Source: an uncultured Phascolarctobacterium sp. (lineage in GTDB: Bacteria > Bacillota > Negativicutes > Acidaminococcales > Acidaminococcaceae). Taken from it: a stretch of DNA of 64,000 nt. Position numbers and translations under genes: made by a program. The notes below the pieces were generated by a model. The model was not told the DNA's origin and did not search any database. It was given only the letters and a program-made list of their open reading frames with translations. Below, in pieces: positions 47,542 to 57,044 of this stretch; the first letter of the stretch is position 1, and every line of letters starts with the position of its first letter. The DNA is taken from assembly GCA_900545025.1 (NCBI GenBank), contig UQXH01000001.1, positions 55,206 through 119,205 of the forward strand, given 5' to 3'.

Positions 47542-49521
47542 ATGAAGCATTTAAGTATCGATATTGAAACTTATAGCGATGTGGATCTCACCAAAGCAGG
47601 TCTGTATCGCTACTGTGATACTCCGGCTTTTGAAATACTGCTTTTTGCATATAGCGTTGACTTTGGCCCTGTAAAGATTATTGATTTTACTGCCGGCGAA
47701 AAAATTCCTGCAGATATATTTAATGCACTGTCAGATGAAAAAGTTCAAAAGCACGCATACAATGCAGCTTTTGAGATTACATGCCTGAACCGTGCCGGGT
47801 TTAATACTCCGCCTGAACAATGGCGCTGCACTATGCTGCATGGTATGTATCTGGGCTATCCTGCAGGATTAGCTAAACTTGGTGAGGCTCTTGGACTGCC
47901 GGATGATAAAAAGAAAATGGGTGTAGGCAAGGCCTTAATCAGATATTTTTGTGTTCCTTGTACGCCGACAAAAAGTAACGGTAATAGAACCCGTAATCTT
48001 CCGAAACATGAACCTGAAAAATGGCAGCTTTTTAAAACCTATTGTTGCCAGGATGTTGTAACCGAAATGGAAGATTTAAAAAGGCTGTTAGCATTTCCTG
48101 TGCCGCAAGAGGTTCAGGATGACTGGGTTATTGATTATCAGATTAACAGCAGAGGTATTGCCGTTGATGATGACTTAGTGAACGGTGCTTTGACAATAGA
48201 TGCTGAATACAAGAATGAATTAACTGCAAAGGCGATTGCTATTACCGGATTAAGTAACCCGAATAGTCGATCGCAGTTATTATCCTGGTTAAATGAGAAT
48301 ACCAGCCTTGACCTTCCGGATCTGACTAAAGCAACGGTAACAGCTAATCTCAATGTGGATGATAAAACAGCAGCGGAAATACTTGATATACGCAGAGAGC
48401 TATCTAAAAGCAGTGTATCCAAGTACAAGGCCATGGAAACTGCGATGTGCTGCGATAATCGTGTGCGTGGACTCCTGCAGTTTTATGGTGCAAGCCGTAC
48501 AGGGCGTTGGGCCGGAAGACTTGTTCAAGTTCAGAACCTGCCTCGTAACTACATCGAAAATCTTGATACTGCCAGGGAATTAGTAAAAAGCCATAACCGG
48601 CAGGGCCTCAACCTGCTGTATGGCGATGTGGCAGATACTCTCTCTCAGCTCATCCGGACGGCGTTTATTGCGCCGGAAGGGAATACGTTATGCGTTGCAG
48701 ATTTTAGTGCTATTGAAGCACGTGTTCTGTCATGGCTTGCCGGTGAGCAGTGGCGCATGGAAGTTTTTGCATCCCATGGCAAAATCTATGAAGCAGCAGC
48801 CAGTATGATGTTTGGTGTGCCAATTGAAAAAATCAGTAAAGGCAATCCGGAATACGCTCTGAGGCAAAAAGGAAAGGTTGCCGAACTGGCCCTTGGCTAT
48901 CAGGGAGGAGCAAATGCTTTGATCAGTATGGGCGCGCTTAAAATGGGCCTGACTGAAGATGAGCTGCCGGACATAGTACACCGTTGGCGTCAAGCGAATA
49001 AACGAATCTGCGACTTCTGGTATGCGGTAGATCAAGCGGCATTATCCGTGTTGGAGACAGCACAGCCAGCCGGAGTAGGCCATAATATCATCCTGGCCAG
49101 AGAGTTTAACGCGGTATATGGTTTAGATTTTTTGACTGTCCAGCTGCCGAGTGGCCGTAAATTATTTTATCCGGCGCCTTTCTTGGCTGAAAATCAGTTC
49201 GGGCGGGCTGCCATTCATTATAAAACGCAGATTGCGAACAAATGGTGCTGCACATCAACCTATGGCGGTAAGCTTGTCGAGAATATTACCCAAGCTGTAG
49301 CACGAGATTGCCTGGCAATTACTCTGAGAAGACTTGTTGCTGCAGGATATAAACCTCTGATGCATATTCATGATGAGGTTGTGTGTGAAGTTCCTTTAAC
49401 TTCATTGCATGATGATGAAGTGGAGCGTATGAGCCAAATAATGTGCCAGCCTATAGATTGGGCACCAGGATTACTTCTCAACGCAGCTGGTTTCCAAAAT
49501 AAATATTACATGAAGGATTAA
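47542..49521 (+). CDS. Family A DNA polymerase (phage PolA with 3'-5' exonuclease domain)
   Basis: Exo I motif LSIDIETYS. Pol motif A DFSAIEARVL. Motif B RQKGKVAELALGYQGG. Motif C HIHDEVVCEV. Confidence 0.9.
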   Translation: MKHLSIDIETYSDVDLTKAGLYRYCDTPAFEILLFAYSVDFGPVKIIDFTAGEKIPADIFNALSDEKVQKHAYNAAFEITCLNRAGFNTPPEQWRCTMLHGMYLGYPAGLAKLGEALGLPDDKKKMGVGKALIRYFCVPCTPTKSNGNRTRNLPKHEPEKWQLFKTYCCQDVVTEMEDLKRLLAFPVPQEVQDDWVIDYQINSRGIAVDDDLVNGALTIDAEYKNELTAKAIAITGLSNPNSRSQLLSWLNENTSLDLPDLTKATVTANLNVDDKTAAEILDIRRELSKSSVSKYKAMETAMCCDNRVRGLLQFYGASRTGRWAGRLVQVQNLPRNYIENLDTARELVKSHNRQGLNLLYGDVADTLSQLIRTAFIAPEGNTLCVADFSAIEARVLSWLAGEQWRMEVFASHGKIYEAAASMMFGVPIEKISKGNPEYALRQKGKVAELALGYQGGANALISMGALKMGLTEDELPDIVHRWRQANKRICDFWYAVDQAALSVLETAQPAGVGHNIILAREFNAVYGLDFLTVQLPSGRKLFYPAPFLAENQFGRAAIHYKTQIANKWCCTSTYGGKLVENITQAVARDCLAITLRRLVAAGYKPLMHIHDEVVCEVPLTSLHDDEVERMSQIMCQPIDWAPGLLLNAAGFQNKYYMKD

Positions 49522-49570
49522 TGTTACAAAAATCAGCAACATTAACATCTAAAAAAACAGGTGAAAAAAT

Positions 49571-49849
49571 ATGAATACAAACTTATTAGGAATAGCTGAT
49601 GGACGCGAAGTTACGATAAAAATAAAAATACCAAAAGGTGATAAATGCAGACGTTGCAAAGCTAAGTATACAATTAGTAAATACTTTGGCAATTATATAT
49701 GCTTGCTGTATGGCAAGAAATTGGCTTGTACGAGTTACGAAACATCTGAACGCCATTACGATTTTGGGCCGAAAGTTATAAAATACGCTTGCAAAAAATG
49801 TGAAGAATGTCTGAACGGTAGTCAAGATTATGCAATAAAAGGAAGGTAA
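49571..49849 (+). CDS. Cys-rich hypothetical protein (zinc-ribbon-like)
   Basis: 92 aa with CRRC...CKKCEEC pairs. Confidence 0.45.
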   Translation: MNTNLLGIADGREVTIKIKIPKGDKCRRCKAKYTISKYFGNYICLLYGKKLACTSYETSERHYDFGPKVIKYACKKCEECLNGSQDYAIKGR

Positions 49850-49854
49850 TTATT

Positions 49855-50085
49855 ATGGCTAAAAACTTAGCTGATTTAAACGAAATTTTGTTCAACCAAT
49901 TAACTAGATTATCCGATCCCGGATTAAAGGGCGATGACTTAACCGCTGAAATCAACCGAACAGAAGCCATTACTAAGGTTGCAGGTCAGTTTATCAGCAG
50001 TGCTAATACTACCTTAAATGCTCTGAAGCTGCAGAACGATGCTATGGACGCAACGCTTAAATTACCATCAGTGCTCGAGGGATGA
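49855..50085 (+). CDS. Hypothetical phage protein
   Basis: 76 aa, helical. RBS AAGGAAGG upstream. Confidence 0.4.
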   Translation: MAKNLADLNEILFNQLTRLSDPGLKGDDLTAEINRTEAITKVAGQFISSANTTLNALKLQNDAMDATLKLPSVLEG

Positions 50086-50091
50086 TCTGTC

Positions 50092-50889
50092 ATGGCTCAG
50101 AAATATACAGCTGAACACATTGAGTATTTGCGGACGATTGCTCCTGGGCGATATATATGCCAAATAGTTCAGCTGATGAATGAAAAATTTGGGCTAGATT
50201 TATCATATGCTCAGATTAAAGCTTTAATGAGTAATCGCGGCATCAGAAATGGTATGAAGCTAAGATGTAGGCCAGAAAAAGTACACAGGCTCACAACTTT
50301 GGAACAGGATGAATGGATTAAAGCCAATGCTTTAGGTAAAAGTTGCACTGAATTGATCGATATGATTAAAAATAAATTCGGTATCATTTTTACACCGGAA
50401 CAAATAAAAAATTATAAATCTCGAAAACACATAAATACTGGATTAACCGGACATTTTAAAAAAGGTTCGGTGCCAAAGAATAAAGGGAAAAAAATGTCGC
50501 CTGAGCTTTACGAAAAGGCTGCACCTACAATGTTCAAAAAGGGGCACCGGCCTAGTAATTATTGTCCTGTAGGCACAGTGCGCGTCAAATGCGATGGCTA
50601 CACCTACGTTAAAATTGCTGATCCTGGAGTTTGGAAACAAAAGCATGTCCTTGTTTGGGAAGCGGCGAATGGGCCTAGACCTAAAGGGCATAAGCTGATA
50701 TTTGCCGATGGCAATAAGCAAAACTTTAGGCTCGAAAATATTATTCTGGTAAGTAATGATGAACATGTGCGATTAAACCAAAATCATCTTATTTCGGATA
50801 ATGCTGATATAACTAAAGCGGGAGTTTTGTTGGCTAAGCTAATTACTAAGTCTGCAAAGCTCAAGCGAGGTGATGACCTTGATAAATGA
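50092..50889 (+). CDS. HNH homing-endonuclease-like protein (HNH_3 with two N-terminal DNA-binding repeats)
   Basis: C-terminus HKLIFADGNKQNFRLENIILVSNDEH is an HNH_3-type motif. Two ~45-aa N-terminal repeats. Inserted between PolA and primase. Confidence 0.7.
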   Translation: MAQKYTAEHIEYLRTIAPGRYICQIVQLMNEKFGLDLSYAQIKALMSNRGIRNGMKLRCRPEKVHRLTTLEQDEWIKANALGKSCTELIDMIKNKFGIIFTPEQIKNYKSRKHINTGLTGHFKKGSVPKNKGKKMSPELYEKAAPTMFKKGHRPSNYCPVGTVRVKCDGYTYVKIADPGVWKQKHVLVWEAANGPRPKGHKLIFADGNKQNFRLENIILVSNDEHVRLNQNHLISDNADITKAGVLLAKLITKSAKLKRGDDLDK

Positions 50890-53281
50890 CAGAATGCTGG
50901 CAATCTCCGTGGGTAACAGCCGTAAATCAACGAACTGGATCAGAACAGATATTCTCTGGTCCGAGTTTATTGAACGGCTACACACCCCACAGAGAACGCC
51001 AGAAACCATAAAAGAATATCTGAATATGTCCAAGGCGCAGCAAGGTCAGCTAAAAGACATCGGCGGCTTTGTAGGAGGAACGTTATATGGTCCGCAACGC
51101 AAAGCTGCTGCTGTTACCGGGCGCGACTTAGTAACGCTTGATATGGATAATATACCAAGCGGTGATACCGAAAAGGTTTTGCGTCATGTTGATAGCCTGG
51201 GCGCGGGTTATGTTATCTATTCAACACGCAGCCATGCGGATTGGCGCCCTCGTCTACGTGTTATTCTGCCTTTAGATAGGACAGTAACAGCAGACGAATA
51301 CGAACCTATAGCCCGCAAGGTTGCCAGCTTAATCGGAATAGAATTTTGCGATCCTACAACGTTTGAGGCAAGTCGATTAATGTACTGGCCAGCTTGTAGC
51401 TGTGATAGCAAATACGTCTTTTTATCTGCAGACAAACCCTTTATTTCAGCTGACGGGATACTGAATCAATATAGTGATTGGCATGACGTAACCGTTTGGC
51501 CGCAGGTACCTGGAGAAGCAGTAAAAGCTAAAGCTCTGCTGGCCAAGCAAGCTGATCCTACATCTAAGGAAGGTATTGTCGGCGCATTCTGCCGCGTATT
51601 CAATATTTACCAAGCGATTGAAAATTTCATACCAAACGCATATGAAGCTACTGATCATGAGGATAGATTAACTTATACTGGCGGTACTACTGTTGCCGGT
51701 GCAGTTGTTTATGATGGCGGTAATTTTCTTTACAGCCATCATGCAACTGATCCGTGCAGCGGGCAGCTGGTAAATGCTTTTGATTTGGTCCGCTTACATC
51801 TGTATGGAGACCAGGATGATAACGCAAAGCCAGGGACACCTACGAATAAGCAGGCAAGCTATAACTCGATGAAAAAGCTGGCTTTGGGGACTGAAGCTGT
51901 GGCCAGCGATTTAAACCAACATTTTGCCGAAAAGGCATCTGACGTATTTACCGCAATGGATACTGTGGAGGCAGCATCAGACGTTGAGTGGATGGCTGCT
52001 GCTAAACTTGCTTATGATCAGAACACTGGCCGGCCAAAAAAGACACGCGACAATATTATTCGCATATTAAATAACGATCCTCTTCTGAAGGGGAAAATAG
52101 CAACCGATGATTTTGCGGTCAGAGGGTTAGCGCTTGGGGCACTTCCGTGGAACCAGGAGCCCGGAAAAAGATTATGGACGGATGCAGATGATGCCGGCAT
52201 TGCCTGGTATCTTGAAAATAAATATGACATTACCGGCCGTGAAAAAGTCGACGGCGCGCTGCTTCTGGTATCAGAGATGAATAAAATCAACGAAGTAAAA
52301 GATTATCTTGCCGCGCTTAAATGGGATGGCGTTTCGCGGCTTGACACTTTACTTAGTGACTATCTTGGTGCTGAGGATAACCCTTATACGCGCGCAGTAT
52401 CTCGTAAGAGTTTTACTGCAGCTGTTGCAAGGGTAATGAGCCCTGGCTGTAAATATGACTATGTGCCAGTTTTTGTTGGGCCGCAAGGTATCGGTAAAAG
52501 TACATTTCTGGCCACATTAGGCAAAGAGTGGTTTAGTGACAGTCTGCAAAGTTTTGAAGGCAAAGAAGCTGCTGAGATGATCCAGGGCGTATGGATTAAT
52601 GAACTTGGCGAAATGACCGGTTATACACGCGGAGAAGTAAACACCATCAAACAGTTCTTAACTAAACGCGAGGATATTTATCGGCAGGCTTATGGCCGCA
52701 GAACAGGTCGTTATCCACGTAAGTGTGTTTTCTTCGGTACCTGTAACCAGTTTGAGTTTTTGAAAGATTTAACCGGCAACAGACGTTTTTGGCCTGTCGA
52801 TGTAGGCATACAAAAAGCACCCAAAAGCGTTTGGCACGATCTGCCCGGTGAGGTTGATCAGATATGGGCGGAAGCCGTGATGCGATGGACTCTAGGAGAA
52901 CCACTTTATCTGGAAAACGTAGAGCTGGATACTTACGCTAAAGCTGAACAGGAAAAACACAGAGAAGCTAACGTCAAGGAAGGCGTCATTCGTGGCTTTT
53001 TGGAAAAGCCGGTACCAGTCAATTACGCATCAATGGATTTAAGTGCTCGACGAATGTATTGGTCCGGTGGCGCCCATGATGCGGAAACGAGAACACGCGA
53101 TAAAGTATGCGCTCTTGAGATATGGTGTGAATGCTTTGGCGGTGATGTTAAGCTGATGAAACGTGCTGACGCGATGGAAATTAATCAGATATTGGATAAC
53201 ACGCCTGGGTGGAAACGTAATTCCAGTAGCCGTAGATTTGGTTACTGTGGTACGCAAAAAGGATTTGACCGTATGAATTAA
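50873..53281 (+). CDS. Phage DNA primase/helicase (primase-polymerase-like N-domain + VirE/D5-like P-loop NTPase)
   Basis: Walker A VFVGPQGIGKST. Large N-terminal primase-like region. 803 aa. Confidence 0.75.
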   Translation: MTLINDRMLAISVGNSRKSTNWIRTDILWSEFIERLHTPQRTPETIKEYLNMSKAQQGQLKDIGGFVGGTLYGPQRKAAAVTGRDLVTLDMDNIPSGDTEKVLRHVDSLGAGYVIYSTRSHADWRPRLRVILPLDRTVTADEYEPIARKVASLIGIEFCDPTTFEASRLMYWPACSCDSKYVFLSADKPFISADGILNQYSDWHDVTVWPQVPGEAVKAKALLAKQADPTSKEGIVGAFCRVFNIYQAIENFIPNAYEATDHEDRLTYTGGTTVAGAVVYDGGNFLYSHHATDPCSGQLVNAFDLVRLHLYGDQDDNAKPGTPTNKQASYNSMKKLALGTEAVASDLNQHFAEKASDVFTAMDTVEAASDVEWMAAAKLAYDQNTGRPKKTRDNIIRILNNDPLLKGKIATDDFAVRGLALGALPWNQEPGKRLWTDADDAGIAWYLENKYDITGREKVDGALLLVSEMNKINEVKDYLAALKWDGVSRLDTLLSDYLGAEDNPYTRAVSRKSFTAAVARVMSPGCKYDYVPVFVGPQGIGKSTFLATLGKEWFSDSLQSFEGKEAAEMIQGVWINELGEMTGYTRGEVNTIKQFLTKREDIYRQAYGRRTGRYPRKCVFFGTCNQFEFLKDLTGNRRFWPVDVGIQKAPKSVWHDLPGEVDQIWAEAVMRWTLGEPLYLENVELDTYAKAEQEKHREANVKEGVIRGFLEKPVPVNYASMDLSARRMYWSGGAHDAETRTRDKVCALEIWCECFGGDVKLMKRADAMEINQILDNTPGWKRNSSSRRFGYCGTQKGFDRMN

Positions 53282-53289
53282 TTATCTAT

Positions 53290-53600
53290 GTAAATGATGT
53301 CAACTTTCTCTAAAAATAGGGATAAAACGTCAACTTTCTAATATGGCAGATGTCAACTTTGAAAGTTGACGTTTTTAAGAGAAAGTTGACGCCATAGTTG
53401 ACAGTTAGAACCCGCATGAAATCAAGGTTTTTCTATAAACGTCAACCTGTCAACTTTCTCAATGATAAATATATAAAACTAAGACTGTATGAGTGAATAT
53501 ACGTGTATATTGTGTAACATATGTTACACAGGAAAACGCCTACGCCCATACGCGCGTAATATATAGGCAATTTGGTATTCAAAGTTGACGGTTGAAAATT
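53290..53600. repeat. Iteron cluster: at least 8 copies of GTCAACTTT / AAAGTTGAC in both orientations (one forming a 20-bp palindrome at 53352-53371), plus a separate perfect 20-bp palindrome TGTGTAACATATGTTACACA (53511-53530)
   Basis: Motif copies read at 53299, 53329, 53352/53363, 53385, 53396, 53431, 53439, 53583. AT-rich. Between the primase and VRR-NUC genes. Confidence 0.7.
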
Positions 53601-53611
53601 TGGAGGAAAAA

Positions 53612-53914
53612 ATGGCAGAAAAAGACATAGAAAGATTTTTGGTAAACAGTATAAAAAAACTGGGCGGTGTGGCCTATAAATTCGTATCTCCGGGTAATGC
53701 TGGAGTGCCAGACAGATTAATAGTAATGCCGGGCGGCAGGGTTTATTTCGTTGAGCTGAAAACAGATGCCGGTTATGCAACGGTACTGCAAAAGCGGCAG
53801 ATGGATAGGCTTCTGCGTCTGGGCTGCAATGTGAACCTGGTTCGCGGGTTGGACGGTATAAAAAATTTACTGGCAAGGATTACTGCCGAACAGAAAGAAG
53901 GTGATGCCGTATGA
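53612..53914 (+). CDS. VRR-NUC domain nuclease
   Basis: AGVPDRLIVMPGGRVYFVELKTDAGYATVLQ is the VRR-NUC PD-(D/E)XK core. Typically precedes a phage SNF2 helicase. Confidence 0.7.
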   Translation: MAEKDIERFLVNSIKKLGGVAYKFVSPGNAGVPDRLIVMPGGRVYFVELKTDAGYATVLQKRQMDRLLRLGCNVNLVRGLDGIKNLLARITAEQKEGDAV

Positions 53915-55295
53915 TGTTCAGACCACATCCGTATCAGAAATACTGCCTGCAACAGGTAGTAAATAAGCCTGCTTTAGGATTGTTTTTGGACATGGGTTAG
54001 GTTTAGGAAAAACCATTATTACCCTGATGGCAATAAACGAACTTAAATACGGCAGGTTTTGTGTGCAGAAGGTTTTGGTTATAGCGCCGAAAAAGGTTGC
54101 CGAGGCGACTTGGCAGCGTGAGGCTGCAAAGTGGGATAATGTAAAGCACCTGCGGATATCGACAGTGCTGGGCAGCGAGCAGAAGCGCATCCGGGCGCTG
54201 AACACACCGGCAGATATTTATATCATCAACCGCGAAAACGTGGTGTGGCTGGTTGACTACTACAAAAATGACTGGCCGTTTGACATGGTGGTGGTTGATG
54301 AGTTTAGCAGTTTTAAAAGCCACAGCGCCAAAAGGTTTAAAGCGCTTGCGGCAATAAGAAACCACATCAGCCGTATTGTGGGGCTGACAGGAACGCCAAG
54401 CCCCAACGGGTTAAATGATTTGTGGGCGCAGGTTTACCTGCTTGACCAGGGCGCAAGGCTGGGTAAATATTATACCGGCTTCCGGAACAGATATTTTGAA
54501 CCGGGCAAGCGCAGCCGCGATGTGATTTATACCTATGACCCGAAAGCCGGTGCGGAAGATGCGGTAATGCAGAAAATTTCCGATATCTGCATAAGCATGA
54601 AAGCTGATGACTACCTGCAGTTGCCGGATATTGTTTATGACGATGTTCCGGTTGTGCTGGATGCCAAAGCCGCAAAGGCATACGAGGAACTGGAACGCAA
54701 GATGATTCTGGAGTTGGACGACCAGGAAGTTATTGACGTTACCAGTGCGGCGGCGTTAAGCAATAAACTGCAGCAGCTTGCCAACGGCGCGGTTTATGAC
54801 GGAGATAAAGTATGGCATGAAGTGCATAACTGCAAAATCGAAGCTTTTACGGAACTGATAGAGCAGTTAAACGGCAAGCCGGCACTGGTATTTTATAACT
54901 TTAAGCATGACCTTGAACGTATTGAAGCGGCGCTGTCAAAATGCAAACTGCGGGTGCGGAAGCTATCCGGGCCGCAGGACGAACTTGACTGGAACGCCGG
55001 CAAGATTGATGTGCTGCTTGCGCATCCGGCAAGCGCAGCATACGGGCTTAACTTACAGGATGGCGGCAATCATGTTGTGTGGTTTGGGCTGAACTGGTCT
55101 TTGGAATTATACCAGCAGGCAAATAAAAGGCTGCATCGCCAAGGGCAGAAAGAAAAAGTTATCATACATCATCTTGTCTGCGAAGGAACCCGTGATGATG
55201 ACCTGATAGCGGCATTAGCTGAAAAAGATAAAGCCCAGGAGTTTGTAATGCAAAGCTTGAAAGCAAGGATTGACCGTGTAAGAAAGGCGGGATGA
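53911..55295 (+). pseudogene. Phage SNF2-family helicase, disrupted by a 5-nt tandem duplication inside Walker A
   Basis: Frame 1 reads MMFRPHPYQ...GLFLDMG then TAG at 53998. In the +2 frame it continues LGKTIITLMAINELKY... to 55295, with DEF(S) box VVVDEFSSF and helicase C motifs. Deleting one copy of ttagg (53997-54007 reads ttagg-t-ttagg) restores GLFLDMGLGKT. Confidence 0.65.
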
Positions 55296-55298
55296 AAT

Positions 55299-55496
55299 TT
55301 GAAAGCTAAAAAGTTTTTGAAAATAGTAAAGCATATGTGCACCGATGAAAACTGCGAATATGGCAAGTGCCCTATGGCGGTTAAAGAAGAAAATTATACA
55401 AGCTGTCTGATGATTGCGTCGGAAAATATACCTGACGGTTGGAAAATAAAGAAAATTTTAAAAGCCGTTAAGAAAGCGAGGAAACACTTATGTTAA
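55299..55496 (+). CDS. Small Cys-rich hypothetical protein
   Basis: 65 aa with CTDENCEYGKC. Confidence 0.35.
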   Translation: MKAKKFLKIVKHMCTDENCEYGKCPMAVKEENYTSCLMIASENIPDGWKIKKILKAVKKARKHLC

Positions 55497-55840
55497 ATAA
55501 CAGCGGAAATGATTTTGTAGAATCAGTGGTACAGACGTTTAAAGAGGCCATTGATTTGTTTGTTAAGAAAAATGCGCAATATGGTGTAAATGACCCGTTG
55601 GCGAATTTTAGGGCAGGTGCACTACTTGAAACCGGCTTTGATACCTACCCGGCAATGTATAACGAAGCAAAAGCTTATTCCCGAAAGCATATTGGTCAGG
55701 TATACGGACCTAAGCAAAACATTGCAACACCTAAAGTAGACGAAAGTTTGGCAGACATAATGGTTTATGCAGCAATTCTTTTGTATCTGCATGATAAATA
55801 CCAAGAGCAGCTGTCGGAGGTTGAAAAAGATGAGAGATGA
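55490..55840 (+). CDS. Hypothetical phage protein
   Basis: 116 aa. Overlaps neighbours by a few nt, which suggests translational coupling. Confidence 0.45.
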   Translation: MLNNSGNDFVESVVQTFKEAIDLFVKKNAQYGVNDPLANFRAGALLETGFDTYPAMYNEAKAYSRKHIGQVYGPKQNIATPKVDESLADIMVYAAILLYLHDKYQEQLSEVEKDER

Positions 55841-56330
55841 TAACCGGCTGCTGCTGAGTGGATGTGAGATTTTAGATGCGTGTTGCGGAAGCAAAATGTT
55901 TTGGTATGACCGTGATAATAAGCATACTTGTTATGTTGATTGCCGGAAAGTTGATGAAACTTTATGTGATGGCAGAAGACTTGAAGTAAAACCTGACGTA
56001 CTGGCAGATTTTAGGAATTTGCCTTTTCCGGATAACACATTTAACCTGGTGGTTTTTGACCCGCCGCATTTATACCGTGCCGGAGCCAACAGTTGGCTGG
56101 CCAAAAAGTACGGAGTATTACCGCCGGAGTTTGAATGGCAGGATTATTTAAAAGCAGGGTTCGCAGAATGCTACCGTGTTTTAAAGCCTTTTGGGGTATT
56201 ACTTTTTAAGTGGAACAGTGATCAGATCCCTTTTGCCGAAGTAATTAAATTCGCACCAGAAAAGCCACTTTTGGGTGATAGGACCGGTAAAACTAGGTGG
56301 ACGGTATTTGTGAAAGGAGCGAGAAGGTGA
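55830..56330 (+). CDS. Orphan phage DNA methyltransferase (SAM-dependent, DPPH motif IV)
   Basis: Motif I-like ILDACCGSKMF and motif IV VVFDPPH (D/N-PP-Y/F/H). No adjacent restriction endonuclease gene. Confidence 0.6.
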   Translation: MRDDNRLLLSGCEILDACCGSKMFWYDRDNKHTCYVDCRKVDETLCDGRRLEVKPDVLADFRNLPFPDNTFNLVVFDPPHLYRAGANSWLAKKYGVLPPEFEWQDYLKAGFAECYRVLKPFGVLLFKWNSDQIPFAEVIKFAPEKPLLGDRTGKTRWTVFVKGARR

Positions 56331-56746
56331 CCAAAGAGGAATTAAAACGTAAACTTCGCAGCGCTTTTGCTATACAGAAACAGATTGAAGCTGAATATGT
56401 AGAACTGCAAAACCTGCGTGACAACGCAAACCGTATCACACCGGCGTACAGTTTGGCGCCAGGTAGCGGTGGAAACGGGCAGCGGATTGAAAACGCCATG
56501 GCTAAAATTGTGGACGCAGAAAATATAATCCAGTCTGAAATGGAAATTTTGATGGTAGCGCTTGGCGAAATCCGTCAGCTTATCACATTGGTTGATGACC
56601 CGGTTTTAAGGCTGATACTACATAAGCGCTACCTGTGCTACCAAAAATGGGAGCAGATTGCAGCGGACTTGAATTATAGCAGGCAATGGGTACATAAGAT
56701 GCACGCAAAGGCGCTGCGGGAGATATTGAAAAAAGCATCCGCGTAA
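56327..56746 (+). CDS. Phage late-gene transcriptional activator (ArpU/RinA-like, sigma70 region-4-like HTH)
   Basis: C-terminus LRLILHKRYLCYQKWEQIAADLNYSRQWVHKMHAKALREIL resembles a sigma r4/ArpU HTH. Last gene before the terminase. GTG 56327 is 8 nt after AGGAG. Confidence 0.55.
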   Translation: MTKEELKRKLRSAFAIQKQIEAEYVELQNLRDNANRITPAYSLAPGSGGNGQRIENAMAKIVDAENIIQSEMEILMVALGEIRQLITLVDDPVLRLILHKRYLCYQKWEQIAADLNYSRQWVHKMHAKALREILKKASA

Positions 56747-56848
56747 AAGAGGCGATAGAAAGCGAGTATCTTGACATGCTATAATGTATAATAGCAAAAG
56801 CGATAAGATAAAGACTAATTCAGGCATTAGATAGCACCTTTCCCGTGA

Positions 56849-56885
56849 AAGCCGTCAGTTAATAGCTGGCGGCTTTTGTGGTATA
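56849..56885 (+). terminator. Hairpin/terminator between the activator gene and terS
   Basis: aagccgtcag-ttaatag-ctggcggctt followed by TTGTGG. Confidence 0.45.
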
Positions 56886-57044
56886 TTGATACCGCTGATG
56901 TCCACGAGAGAAAAACATTCAGTAGGTACTTTCTGGGAAAAACGGAAGCCGAGGGTCTTTCGAGCCCCAAAAACAGATTAGATATTAAAAAATTTTAATC
57001 TACTTCTTTCTCTTATGGGTAGACAGATGAGGAGGTGACAAGCT

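Noticed and set aside
56771-56792. TTGACA followed by TATAAT TATAAT
   Set aside because: Spacers are 3 and 10 nt, not 16-18, so it is not a functional sigma70 promoter as written. The region is more likely activator-dependent.
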